Shown here: positions 38,115 through 47,224 of the stretch, in pieces | Numbering within the stretch: the stretch's first letter is position 1 | Layout of the letters: each line of letters opens with the position of its first letter | Assembly: GCA_965242865.1 (NCBI GenBank) | Contig: CBDETK010000013.1 | Span: 2,528,001 to 2,592,000 of the forward strand | Origin: Candidatus Latescibacterota bacterium | GTDB lineage: Bacteria; Latescibacterota; UBA2968; UBA8231 | Direction: 5' to 3' | Length of the DNA stretch: 64,000 bases | Notes under the pieces: generated by a model | What the model saw: the letters and a program-made list of their open reading frames with translations, nothing else | Told to the model about the DNA's origin: nothing | Databases searched by the model: none | Program-made: the position numbers and the translations under genes

Positions 38115-39126
38115 TTCCTGCTTGCTGGAGGATCACTCGCTGGTATTCCTGATCGGCGCGGAGAATCCAATTGGGGGAAATGTTTTTGGAATGAGTAAAA
38201 AAATCAAAGCATTCGCGCTCCAAAATCCGATTGCGTAGCTTGATGATTTCCGGCATATAAGCTGAGTATTTGGTTAGCAGCATATCGACTTGTCTGGAGT
38301 TCTTGAGGCGTCTAATTGCTATAGGGTTATAATGGGCTGGCCCCGCTAGTATCTCGTACTGGATACCTGTCAGGATTGTGAGTTTTTTCAGTTCGTCGTC
38401 CGAGTAATAGATCGAAGGCCAGTGGCTCGATTTCTCGCTATTGTGTTTGCGACACAGCAGCGTCGCATTTTCAGTTGTTAGAGGCCATAAATAGACAATG
38501 GGCAATGTGTGGTCGAGAGGTCGTTCTATGTCATCGGCTCTTCGCAGGTCTTTTTGGCACTTGAAGCAGCGATAGTCAAATCGCGTATAAACTTCTTCGC
38601 TATTAATCGAGGTACTTGCAGATAGGTCTAGATACATTAGTCGTTTTTGAGCCGCTTCGCGGTGTTGATCCGGCAACCGGGTTTTGTTCTTGATAGAGTT
38701 GTAAATTTTTTTGCACAGCCGGCACTCGCCCTGACGCCCTGAGTTGCGAGATCGGTGGCGGTCAAACAAAGTGAGTGGTTTAATCGTATTACAGATAATA
38801 CAGTATTTGTATTTTTGCGCTTCTGCGATATAGTCGTCGTGCAGAATGGCAAATGCGCCTTGTTCGATGATAGAGTCGTCTCTCTGGTCTATCAGTTTGT
38901 ACTCGTAAAACTGAGTCTCGTCTCCTGCTCGCATAGCTTGCTTGCAGCTTGGGCAGACGAGTTCAAAGTCGTCGCCGAGCTCATCTTGGCGGACGAAGAT
39001 AAATTCCCGACAGGCACTATTCAGACACTGGAAACCCTTGAAGACAGTGTCGCCCATGCCGCGGACATGGGCCGCGCGAATTTGGTTCTCTTTTTTTACT
39101 TTTGTGTACGGCTTGCGTCTAGCCAT
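38083..39126 (-). CDS. Multi-zinc-finger HNH endonuclease (putative restriction enzyme), 347 aa
   Basis: CLNSAC, CPSC, CIIC and CRLC pairs, then RCFKC...LDHTLP...NATLLCRKHNSEK; AGAGG SD before MARRKP. Confidence 0.8.
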   Translation of the reverse strand: MARRKPYTKVKKENQIRAAHVRGMGDTVFKGFQCLNSACREFIFVRQDELGDDFELVCPSCKQAMRAGDETQFYEYKLIDQRDDSIIEQGAFAILHDDYIAEAQKYKYCIICNTIKPLTLFDRHRSRNSGRQGECRLCKKIYNSIKNKTRLPDQHREAAQKRLMYLDLSASTSINSEEVYTRFDYRCFKCQKDLRRADDIERPLDHTLPIVYLWPLTTENATLLCRKHNSEKSSHWPSIYYSDDELKKLTILTGIQYEILAGPAHYNPIAIRRLKNSRQVDMLLTKYSAYMPEIIKLRNRILERECFDFFTHSKNISPNWILRADQEYQRVILQQAGTSTKPDTGAM

Positions 39127-39202
39127 GCCAGTTCCTCTTCTGTTTGGGAGGTCCGTCGATCGGCCCGTGTGGTATCTCTTGATAGGATCGGCGGTTGCCG
39201 AC

Positions 39203-39262
39203 CTGACCACTAATCACCGCAATCGGCGTAAGGCAAGGGGTCGTCGGCCCCGGCTCGGCGAA
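39203..39262. repeat. 60-bp direct repeat, right copy (current queC 3' end)
   Basis: Encodes FRRAGADDPLPYADCGD* on the minus strand. Confidence 0.95.
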
Positions 39263-39872
39263 AGCCGGCTCGGCGCACGAGGCAGCTCGCGCAACGGCCG
39301 CAGGCGAGGTCTTGGCGCTGGTAGCAGGACCAGGTCAGGTGCAGGGGGGCTGTGAGCGCTAGGCCGCGGCGGACGATGGCGGCTTTGTCCCAGTCGATGA
39401 GCGGGGTCTGGAGGCGCACTTGGGTTTGCGGGCCAGTACCAGCGGCGATCACGCGCTGGTACGCGATGAAAAATTCCCGGCGGCAGTCCGGGTACTGGCT
39501 CTCTGCTTGGTGAGCGCCGATGTAGATGTCGGCCGCGCCAATGACCTCGGCCCACGCCACGGCCACGCCGAGCAAGTTGGCGTTGCGGAAGGGGACATAG
39601 GTCGTGGGCAGGTCGGGCTCGTTTTCGGGTATGGGCTGGGTCGCATCGATCAAGCTGGAGCCGCCGATCTGGCGCATGTACTCGATATCGACCACGAGGC
39701 GGGTCGCGACCTGAAAGTGATCGGCGAGGGCGGAAAAGGCCGCAAATTCGCGGCCTTCCGTGCGCTGGCGATAGCGTGCGTGGAGAAAGGCCAGTGGCCC
39801 GCGGCGGGCGGCCATGGCCGCGGCCACGCAGGAGTCGAGCCCGCCGCTGACTAGCACGATTGCGAGACTCAA
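39210..39872 (-). CDS. queC: 7-cyano-7-deazaguanine synthase
   Basis: SGGLDS, TYVPFRN, YPDCR and TWSCY...CGRCASC motifs; TTG start overlapping the pepP stop. Confidence 0.94.
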   Translation of the reverse strand: MSLAIVLVSGGLDSCVAAAMAARRGPLAFLHARYRQRTEGREFAAFSALADHFQVATRLVVDIEYMRQIGGSSLIDATQPIPENEPDLPTTYVPFRNANLLGVAVAWAEVIGAADIYIGAHQAESQYPDCRREFFIAYQRVIAAGTGPQTQVRLQTPLIDWDKAAIVRRGLALTAPLHLTWSCYQRQDLACGRCASCLVRRAGFRRAGADDPLPYADCGD

Positions 39873-41038
39873 AGCAAGAGAACGACTTCGTTTTGGATAG
39901 GGGTGGTAACTTCCGGGCCGGTCTCTGGATCCACGTACACATTGACTTCGAGCCGTACGCCAAACTCCGGCAGGTACGCACCCGGCTCTACGGAAAAGCC
40001 CGTGCCCGGTAGGATGGACCGCGCATCGCGGGTCTCCAAGTCGTCGAGGTTTGCGCCCAGCGCGTGGATGCTCGGCCCCGGGCCGAGGCTGTGCCCGGTG
40101 CGGTGGACGAACTGCTCGCCCAAGCCGTGCCCGGTCATAACTTGGCGCGCCACGCGGTCGAGCTGCCAGCCTTGCAGCTCGTCGCCCGCCCGCCACGCAG
40201 CCTTGAGCCGCGCCAGCACTTGATCGCGCGCTTGGCGCACTGCGGCAAAGACCGCGGCGTGAGCGGCTGGCACGTGTGCGCCGGCAAAGGCGACCCAAGT
40301 AATGTCGCCAAACACGTGCTGCTCGCCGGGGTGCCGCGCCCACAGGTCGATGAGAATCCAAGCACCCGGCCCAATGGCCGCGGCCGCGTTGGCTTGCGGC
40401 TCGTAGTGCGGGTTGCCGCTGTTGCGATTGACGCCGACGATCGGCGGATGCCCCATGTCGAGGCCGCGCCGCTCCAGCTCGGCGGCGATGAACGCCTGGA
40501 CGTCGAACTCGGTGAGGCCGGTGTGGAGCCGGTGGCGGATGTAATCAAAGGCCGCGTCCTTGACCTCGGCCACTTGGCGGCAGGCGTCGCGGTGCGAGGC
40601 GAGCGCGTCCGCGCTCCACGTGGCCAAGGCGACTTGGCACAGATTGGCCGAAGATACCACCTCGGGGCCGAGGGAGCGCACCAACTCTAAGGTTCCGCCA
40701 TCGACCCAAGACACCGTGGGCAACGCGCCCCCGGGCCAGTACTCCATGGCCACTTGCGCCAGCCCGCCCACGGCATCGCGCAACAGGGCATGGAGCTGTT
40801 CCCAGCTAGCGTACGGCGTGATCGCCACGCCCAGCCCGGCGAGGGCCTCCGGCTCAACCGCCGACCCGAGCAGGCGCGGTGCGCCGGCGGCCGGCACGAT
40901 GAGAAAGACCCGCCGGGTCGTCGACCGGCGCTGGCCCAAAAGCTGCCACAGGACCGGATTGCCGCCGCGAAAGTCGTACACCAGCCAAGCGCCGATCCCC
41001 TCCTGCTGCATGTAGGCTTGTATTTTTAGAATGTCCAT
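39869..41038 (-). CDS. Xaa-Pro aminopeptidase (M24 family)
   Basis: Metal ligands in LIDLW, GDITW, HRTGH, VEPG and RLE. Confidence 0.88.
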   Translation of the reverse strand: MDILKIQAYMQQEGIGAWLVYDFRGGNPVLWQLLGQRRSTTRRVFLIVPAAGAPRLLGSAVEPEALAGLGVAITPYASWEQLHALLRDAVGGLAQVAMEYWPGGALPTVSWVDGGTLELVRSLGPEVVSSANLCQVALATWSADALASHRDACRQVAEVKDAAFDYIRHRLHTGLTEFDVQAFIAAELERRGLDMGHPPIVGVNRNSGNPHYEPQANAAAAIGPGAWILIDLWARHPGEQHVFGDITWVAFAGAHVPAAHAAVFAAVRQARDQVLARLKAAWRAGDELQGWQLDRVARQVMTGHGLGEQFVHRTGHSLGPGPSIHALGANLDDLETRDARSILPGTGFSVEPGAYLPEFGVRLEVNVYVDPETGPEVTTPIQNEVVLLL

Positions 41039-41042
41039 GAGC

Positions 41043-43775
41043 TCAATCCCGTGCGGCAAACAACTTTTGCAAGTGCTCACCTGTGTGAGAGCCGGCCGTG
41101 CGGGCCACTTCCTCGGGGCGGCCGCACGCCGTGATCGCCCCGCCCGCCTGCCCGCCTTCCGGCCCCAAGTCGATGACCCAGTCCGCGGCCGCAATGAATT
41201 CGAGGTGGTGTTCAACCACCACCACGGTATGGCCCTCGTCAACTAAGCGCTGCAAGAGCGCGAGCAGCAAGCGCACGTCCTCCAAGTGCAGGCCCACAGT
41301 CGGCTCGTCGAGTAGGTAGAGCGCGTGATCTGGGCGCGAGCGGCCCAGTTCGGCCGCCAGCTTAACCCGCTGGGCCTCGCCGCCGGAGAAACTAGTCGCC
41401 GGTTGGCCGAGGTGCAAATACCCCAAGCCCACTTCCGCGAGGGTCGCTAGCCGCTGCGCTACTGGGGGCACGGCCGCAAAAAACGCGCTCGCCGCGGCCA
41501 CGCTCATCTCCAGCACTTCGGCGATGTGGCGTTGGCGATAGCGCACGTCCAAGACCTCGGCGCGATAGCGTTGTCCACTGCAAGAGCGGCAGATGGCTTC
41601 GAGACCATGCACCCCGCGCCCCTTGCACAGGTCGCAGGCCCCCTCCGGGGCGTTGAAGCTGAAGTGCCCCGGGCGGTAGCCCCGCAGGCGAGCTTCGGGC
41701 AAATCGGCAAACAGGCGGCGAATCGGGGCCAGCAGCCCGGTGTAGGTGGCCGCATTTGAGCGGGCGGTGCGGCCGATGGGCCGCTGGTCAACCGCCACGA
41801 CGCGCGCGATCTGTTCGATCCCAGTGCAAGCGCTGTAGGGCAGGGGCCGCCGCTGGGCGCCGTGCAGTTTGGCCGCCAAGAGCGGATGCAGGGTGTGGCT
41901 GACCAGCGAGCTTTTGCCCGACCCGGAAACCCCGGTCACGCAGGTCAAGGTCCCCAGCGGCCATTGCACATCGAGTTGGCGCAAGTTGTGGCCGCCGGCA
42001 CCGGCCAGCGTCAACCACCCCTGCGGCCGACGCGCCCGGGTGCGCGGCAATTGCAGGGCCCCGCGCAGGTAGCGTCCGGTCAGGGACTCGGCCGCGGCCA
42101 CCTCGCTCGGGGGGCCCTCGGCCACGACCTGCCCACCGGCGATCCCCGCGCCCGGCCCCATATCGACCAGCCAGTCGGCCCCGCGCAAGAGCGCTGCGTC
42201 GTGTTCTATTAGGAATACGGAGTTCCCGGCGTCGCGCAGCGCCCGCAGCGCGTCCAAGGTCTGGGCCGCGTCGCGGGCGTGCAAACCAGCACTGGGTTCG
42301 TCGAGCACATAGAGCATCTGGGTGGTGCCCGACGACAGGGCGGCCCCGAGGCGCAGCCGCTGGAACTCGCCGCTCGACAAGGTGTCGGCGCGGCGGTTCA
42401 GTTGCAGGTACTCCAGCCCCAACTCTTGCAACAGGCTCAGCCGGCGGCCAATCTGGGCGCGGATGGCCTCGCCCATGGGGGCTTTAGCCCCGGGGAAATC
42501 GAGGTTTTTGAGCCACTCGGCCGCCGCGGCCACCGCGCACTCGCCGACCGCGGCAATCGACGCCCCGCCCAATTCCACCGCCAGGGATTCGGGCCGCAAC
42601 CGCGCTCCGCCACAGCGAGCGCACGGCGCGTCGTCGAGGCGTTCCTCCAGCCAAGTCAATTCCTCGCCTTGGGCTTTAGCGGCCGTGCGCTCCAGCCAAC
42701 GCGCCAGCCCGATAAACCGACCCCGCCGGCCCTCGCCGCGCCACAGTCGGTCGGCCGTTGGGCCGGCCCAGTCGCCCACGGGCTGTTCGGGATTGACCTG
42801 ATGCCGCCGGCAAAAGGCGTGCAGGCTGTCGCGCAACTCGCCGTGCCCAAAGTCGTGCCACAGCGGGCCCAGTGCCCCTTCGAGCGTGGCCCGGCCATCG
42901 GCGAAGACCTGCTCGTTGCTCAAGCCCCGCTGCACCCCAAGCCCGCGACAGGCCGCACAGGCTCCGGCCGCGCTATTAAAGGAAAACAGCGCGGGGTCTA
43001 GGGCCGGGAAGGGCGCGCCACAGGCCGCACACGCCGGTCGCACCGCAAAAACCAAATCGCTTTCGGCGTCTAGGGCCGAGAGCACCACTTGGCCGTCGCC
43101 GATCTCCAAGGCCGCTTGCAGCGAGCCCTGCAAACGGCGCGTGATGCCCCGTTTGACGACGAGGCGATCGACGACTATGGACAGGTGCTGGGCGCGGGCT
43201 AGGTGTGCGGGCGCGATTTCGTCTAGCAGCAGATCGCGGCCGTCGAGGCGCAGGTGGCGGTAGCCGGCGCGGTCGACCGCGGCGAGGACCTGCTCGGGCG
43301 TCTCGTCGTCCCGCGAGCGGCGCGGCGCGAGAATCATCAGGCGGGTCCCGTCGGGCATGCTCGCAGCCGCTTCGCTCGCTTCCTCAAAGCGGTGCGTCTG
43401 CACGCGCCCGCCGCAGCCGAGGCAACCGGGCCGACCCACGCGGGCAAAGAGCAGGCGCAAGAGATCGTACAGGCCGGATAGGGTCGCGACCGTGGCGCGC
43501 GGACTCGGGTGGCCGGCCCCCCCGGCCAGCGCGAGGGCCGGGGCCAAGCCGTCGATGCGCCCGACCTTGGGCACGCGCAATGCGCGCCAGCCGCCTTGGT
43601 CCAGCGCGGCGAGAAAGCGCCGGCGCGCCTCCGCGTAAATCGTGTCCAATACGAGGGAGGTCTTGCCCGAGCCGGACGGGCCGCTGACGGCCACGATGGA
43701 TTCGTGCGGCAGGTCCAAGCAGACGCTGCGCAGGTTGTGTTCGCAGGCTTCGCGGACGATTAAGGTCGGCTGCAT
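41043..43775 (-). CDS. uvrA: UvrA-like excinuclease ATPase (divergent)
   Basis: EHNL, GPSGSGKTS, LSSGEFQR, LDEPS, GVSGSGKSS, VDQRPIGR, FSFN and FSGGEAQR motifs. Confidence 0.88.
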   Translation of the reverse strand: MQPTLIVREACEHNLRSVCLDLPHESIVAVSGPSGSGKTSLVLDTIYAEARRRFLAALDQGGWRALRVPKVGRIDGLAPALALAGGAGHPSPRATVATLSGLYDLLRLLFARVGRPGCLGCGGRVQTHRFEEASEAAASMPDGTRLMILAPRRSRDDETPEQVLAAVDRAGYRHLRLDGRDLLLDEIAPAHLARAQHLSIVVDRLVVKRGITRRLQGSLQAALEIGDGQVVLSALDAESDLVFAVRPACAACGAPFPALDPALFSFNSAAGACAACRGLGVQRGLSNEQVFADGRATLEGALGPLWHDFGHGELRDSLHAFCRRHQVNPEQPVGDWAGPTADRLWRGEGRRGRFIGLARWLERTAAKAQGEELTWLEERLDDAPCARCGGARLRPESLAVELGGASIAAVGECAVAAAAEWLKNLDFPGAKAPMGEAIRAQIGRRLSLLQELGLEYLQLNRRADTLSSGEFQRLRLGAALSSGTTQMLYVLDEPSAGLHARDAAQTLDALRALRDAGNSVFLIEHDAALLRGADWLVDMGPGAGIAGGQVVAEGPPSEVAAAESLTGRYLRGALQLPRTRARRPQGWLTLAGAGGHNLRQLDVQWPLGTLTCVTGVSGSGKSSLVSHTLHPLLAAKLHGAQRRPLPYSACTGIEQIARVVAVDQRPIGRTARSNAATYTGLLAPIRRLFADLPEARLRGYRPGHFSFNAPEGACDLCKGRGVHGLEAICRSCSGQRYRAEVLDVRYRQRHIAEVLEMSVAAASAFFAAVPPVAQRLATLAEVGLGYLHLGQPATSFSGGEAQRVKLAAELGRSRPDHALYLLDEPTVGLHLEDVRLLLALLQRLVDEGHTVVVVEHHLEFIAAADWVIDLGPEGGQAGGAITACGRPEEVARTAGSHTGEHLQKLFAARD

Positions 43776-43869
43776 CGCGCTCGCCTATTCGCGCATTGTA
43801 AGAAAAACATGGGTGCATAAAGCATAGGGATTGGGTGTTGTACACTCCAAGAAGCAGCCCGGCACTACA

Positions 43870-43898
43870 TTGACGCTAAACCCCTTTGTATGTATATT
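43870..43898 (+). promoter_or_regulatory. sigma70 promoter of the TolC-MlaC-MMPL operon
   Basis: TTGACG (43870-43875), 17 nt, TATATT (43893-43898) in an AT-rich intergenic region. Confidence 0.7.
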
Positions 43899-43990
43899 AA
43901 CTTAACTATTTTTAATAAGTTATAAAAATGTACGGACCCGCGTTATCGCCGCGAATTCCGCCTCTTCCGCCGCTGAGATTTCCCACTGGC

Positions 43991-45355
43991 ATGCAAATTT
44001 GCGCTCCCTTGTGGCTAGGGGTTTGGGGCCTCGCCATCTGCTGGCCCGCCCTGCCCGCCCGCGCCCAAATGCCCGCCGAGCCCTGGACGCTAGCGGCGCT
44101 CATCGACCGCGCCTTAGACCACGACGCCGACATTGCGAGCCGCCGCTGGAAGGTCGAGTCGGCCGCGGCCCGCCGCCGCCAAGCGACAGCCGCCAAAATC
44201 CTCCCCCGCCTGCGCCTCGACAGCGAAAGCGGCCTAGTCCCAGATGCGATGGGCAATGTATTCAACCCGCCCGCCGACACCACCGGGATCCCCTCCTTGG
44301 GGCCGTTTGTGCGCGCCGAGCTGCAATTTGTGCAGCCGCTCTACCCCTTTAGCCTCGGCCGCCACCTCGACGAGGCCGCCACCCGAGGCGTGGAGGTGGA
44401 GCAGTCCGAGCTGTCGCAGACCCAGTTGGACGTGGCCTTTGCCGTCAAGGAGCTGTACTACGGGCTGCTGTTGGCCCAAGACCTAAACGCCTTGGCCCAG
44501 CGCGTCAGCGACGAACTCGACCGCAGGGTTGAGGAGTTAGACGACGCCCCCGCGCTTTCGCTGTCCGACCGCTACAAGCTGCGGTTGGCCCAGCTCGACT
44601 TGGACGAGCAGCAGCGCGAGGTCCGCGACCAATTGGCCTTGGCGCGGGCGGCTCTCGCTTGGCGCACGGGCCTGCCCCGCGACGCGCCTCTTTTGCTCCG
44701 GGCCGAAGGACTCGCGCCGGTAGCGGCCTCGGTGCCGCCCTTAGACGAGCTGGCGGCACAGGCCCTCGGCCAGCGACCGGAGTGGCGCAAGCTGCAAGCT
44801 GGCCTCGCCGCCAAGCAGGCCCTCGCGCAAGCGGCCCGCGCCGCGTACCAGCCCCAAGTATTCATCGGCGGCGGCTTGCGCTATGCCGCAGCCCCTGGGC
44901 GCACTGACCAGCGGAACCCATTTGTCAAAGATGAGTTCAACTTTTTTAACGGCGGCGTCTTTATCGGCGTGCGGCAATCCTTGGAATGGCACTTGTTGGC
45001 CGCAGATTTGGCTCGGGCCCGCGCTGAATACCGTGCGCTCGAAGTGCGCGTACCGGGCGCTGAGGAGGGGATCCGCTTAGATGTCCACCGCGCCTATTTG
45101 GCCTATCGCCGCGCCGACCGCGACTTGCAAGGGGCGCGCCAGAGCCGACAACTGGCCCGGCAGTGGCTGCGAGAAGCCCGAGACGATTTTGAGTTCGATC
45201 CCCAGACCATCGGCGCCTTGATCGCCGCCTTTGAGACTTGGGCCCGCCGCGAGCAAGGCTACGGCGAAGCCCTATACGACTTTAACATCAGCGTCGCGCG
45301 CCTCGAAAAAGCCACGGGCGGTCTCGAATTGATTCCACGCGATGAAACTCCTTAG
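43991..45355 (+). CDS. TolC-family outer-membrane channel protein
   Basis: Signal peptide ending ARA-Q; LIDRAL, QPLY, V..LYY.LLLA, RPEW and YDFNISVARLEKATG patterns; ORF may start at 43928. Confidence 0.85.
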   Translation: MQICAPLWLGVWGLAICWPALPARAQMPAEPWTLAALIDRALDHDADIASRRWKVESAAARRRQATAAKILPRLRLDSESGLVPDAMGNVFNPPADTTGIPSLGPFVRAELQFVQPLYPFSLGRHLDEAATRGVEVEQSELSQTQLDVAFAVKELYYGLLLAQDLNALAQRVSDELDRRVEELDDAPALSLSDRYKLRLAQLDLDEQQREVRDQLALARAALAWRTGLPRDAPLLLRAEGLAPVAASVPPLDELAAQALGQRPEWRKLQAGLAAKQALAQAARAAYQPQVFIGGGLRYAAAPGRTDQRNPFVKDEFNFFNGGVFIGVRQSLEWHLLAADLARARAEYRALEVRVPGAEEGIRLDVHRAYLAYRRADRDLQGARQSRQLARQWLREARDDFEFDPQTIGALIAAFETWARREQGYGEALYDFNISVARLEKATGGLELIPRDETP

Positions 45356-46625
45356 CACGGTCCTGCTCCTGCTGTTGGCGTTGGCCAGCCGCGGCGTCAG
45401 CGGGGCCGATGTACCTTGGGCGACGGACGCTGTGGCACGGCTGAACGCGCTGCTCGCGTCGCCCAACCGCGAGTGCGCCGACTGGGCCGACCGCCTAGTG
45501 AGCGAGCGCTTGGCCGTGGACGAGTTCGCCGCGGCGACTTTTAGCGACTATCCCGAAAAATCGCTGGACGCATACCGGAGCCTGCTACCCAGTCCGCGCT
45601 TTACCCACCTCGTTGAGCACTATCGCAGCCGCCTCAGTAGGGCCTACCAGCACCGCCTCCGCGCCGACTTGGCCGCCCAGCTCGCTTCCCCGGCTTTGCG
45701 CGGCTTGCGCTTGGATACCCTCAAAGTGAATGGCCCGCGGGCTCGGGCGCAGCTTCGCGCGGTATTTGACGCTCGCTCGCTCGGGGTGGAGGTCGATTTG
45801 ATTTTTGCAAACCAAACTTGGAAAATCGCCGCGCTGAAGATCGATGGCCAGTCCGTTGCCAGCCACTATCGGCGGCGTTACCAGCCGCTGATCGACCGCG
45901 GCCATTCGCCGCCGGTGCTGGAAGCCCAGCTCGCCGAGCGCGAGTTTGTCGTCCTCGAGGACTTCGCCGCTACGTGGGACGAGTCGCAGCCGCTGGAGTG
46001 GGGGCCGTGGAAGAAAAAGGACCGCCACAAACCCGTGCTCTATCGCGTAGAGGGCCGCCCGCGGCGCTACATGGCCGCCCGCGATTCGAGCCATTCGGTC
46101 ATTGTGGGAAAATTTGCCCACTGGAATCCGCGCCAGTACCCGATTATGACTTGGTGCTGGCGAGCCGCGGCCTTGCCGCTGGGCGGCAACGAGTTCCTCG
46201 ACGACGCCAACGACAGCGCGGCCGGCGTGTACGTCATCTTCTCCAAAAACTGGCTGGGGGTTCCCAAACAGCTCAAATACGTGTGGAGCACGACCTTGCC
46301 CGAAGGCACGGTGGGGCGGCGCGACAAGATATTCCGGCCTTGGTTCTTCGTCGTCGAAAGCGGCGCGACCAACTTGGGCAAATGGACCTTTGAAGTGGTT
46401 GACTTGGAAAAGCACCACCGAGAAAAGCTCGGCGGCCGCCCGGCCGGGCGCACCATTGGCCTAGGGCTGCTGACAGACGCCAACTCGACCCGTTCGTACG
46501 CAGAAGCGCACTACGCCGATCTGCGAGTGTGGACGCGCCAAGCCTTTGACGGCGGCCGCGTGGTCAACTACTGCGGTGGCCTGCCCGGCCTCAACGGCGC
46601 GTACCCAGCGGAGAATTCACAATGA
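45342..46625 (+). CDS. Periplasmic fusion: MlaC/Ttg2D-like domain plus DUF3047-like domain
   Basis: Signal peptide; WKIAALKIDGQSVASHYR (MlaC-like); YPIMTWCW, DSAAGVYVIF, LKYVWS and LLTDANST (DUF3047-like). Confidence 0.7.
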   Translation: MKLLSTVLLLLLALASRGVSGADVPWATDAVARLNALLASPNRECADWADRLVSERLAVDEFAAATFSDYPEKSLDAYRSLLPSPRFTHLVEHYRSRLSRAYQHRLRADLAAQLASPALRGLRLDTLKVNGPRARAQLRAVFDARSLGVEVDLIFANQTWKIAALKIDGQSVASHYRRRYQPLIDRGHSPPVLEAQLAEREFVVLEDFAATWDESQPLEWGPWKKKDRHKPVLYRVEGRPRRYMAARDSSHSVIVGKFAHWNPRQYPIMTWCWRAAALPLGGNEFLDDANDSAAGVYVIFSKNWLGVPKQLKYVWSTTLPEGTVGRRDKIFRPWFFVVESGATNLGKWTFEVVDLEKHHREKLGGRPAGRTIGLGLLTDANSTRSYAEAHYADLRVWTRQAFDGGRVVNYCGGLPGLNGAYPAENSQ

Positions 46626-47215
46626 AAACGACATGGTGCGCCCTCTGGGCGCTGGCCGCGACCTGCGCGGCCGCCGCGGACGACCCCATCGCCTTCCTCA
46701 AAAGCCACGACGCCGAGGTGCAAGCCATCCTCGCGACCGCACCGGCCGACTCGCTGCCCCCGGCTATGCGGGAAGAACTCAAAAAGCACATCAATGCGGC
46801 CTTTGACTTTCGGGAATTGAGCCGCCTCGCCTTGGGCGAGCACTGGGAAAAACGCTCCCCAGAAGAGCGCGCCCACTTTGCCGCAACCTTCAGCAGCATC
46901 ATCCGCGAGCAGAATTTTGCCAGCTTCTCCCGCTACTACCGAGAGGGCGAGATCCGCTACGAGTCGGCCGAGGTGCAAAAAGACGCCGCGGTCGTCCACG
47001 CGCTGGCGCCGGTGCGGCGCGAGCAAATAGCAATCGAGTACAAGCTCCATCGGGTGGAAGGGGTGTGGCGGATATACGACTTGGTCATCGACGGCGTCAG
47101 CACGGCCGAGGGCAACCGGCGGCGCTATGCCCGCTACATCGAAAAAAACGGCTACGAAAAGCTAATCGCCCAGCTCGACAAGCAGTTGGCCCGCCTGCGC
47201 CAAACCCGGGATTGA
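46622..47215 (+). CDS. MlaC/Ttg2D (HpnM-like) periplasmic lipid-binding protein
   Basis: FDFRELSRLALGEHW and WRIYDLVIDGVS...R motifs; ATGA overlap. Confidence 0.88.
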   Translation: MKTTWCALWALAATCAAAADDPIAFLKSHDAEVQAILATAPADSLPPAMREELKKHINAAFDFRELSRLALGEHWEKRSPEERAHFAATFSSIIREQNFASFSRYYREGEIRYESAEVQKDAAVVHALAPVRREQIAIEYKLHRVEGVWRIYDLVIDGVSTAEGNRRRYARYIEKNGYEKLIAQLDKQLARLRQTRD

Positions 47216-47224
47216 GCCGCCGCC

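Larger units (their letters stand above)
35275..39262. mobile_element. ~3.9-kb restriction-modification-like islet inserted at the 3' end of queC, with no integrase
   Basis: Flanking 60-bp direct repeats; cargo visibly more AT-rich than the flanks; only two genes. Confidence 0.8.

Noticed and set aside
33226-39872. Dpd-type 7-deazaguanine DNA modification or Qat defence system (queC/queF next to a nuclease and methyltransferase)
   Set aside because: No DpdA/TGT-like, DpdB or QatA/B/D genes are present. queC and queF look like ordinary tRNA-queuosine enzymes, and the direct repeat explains the adjacency as an insertion.
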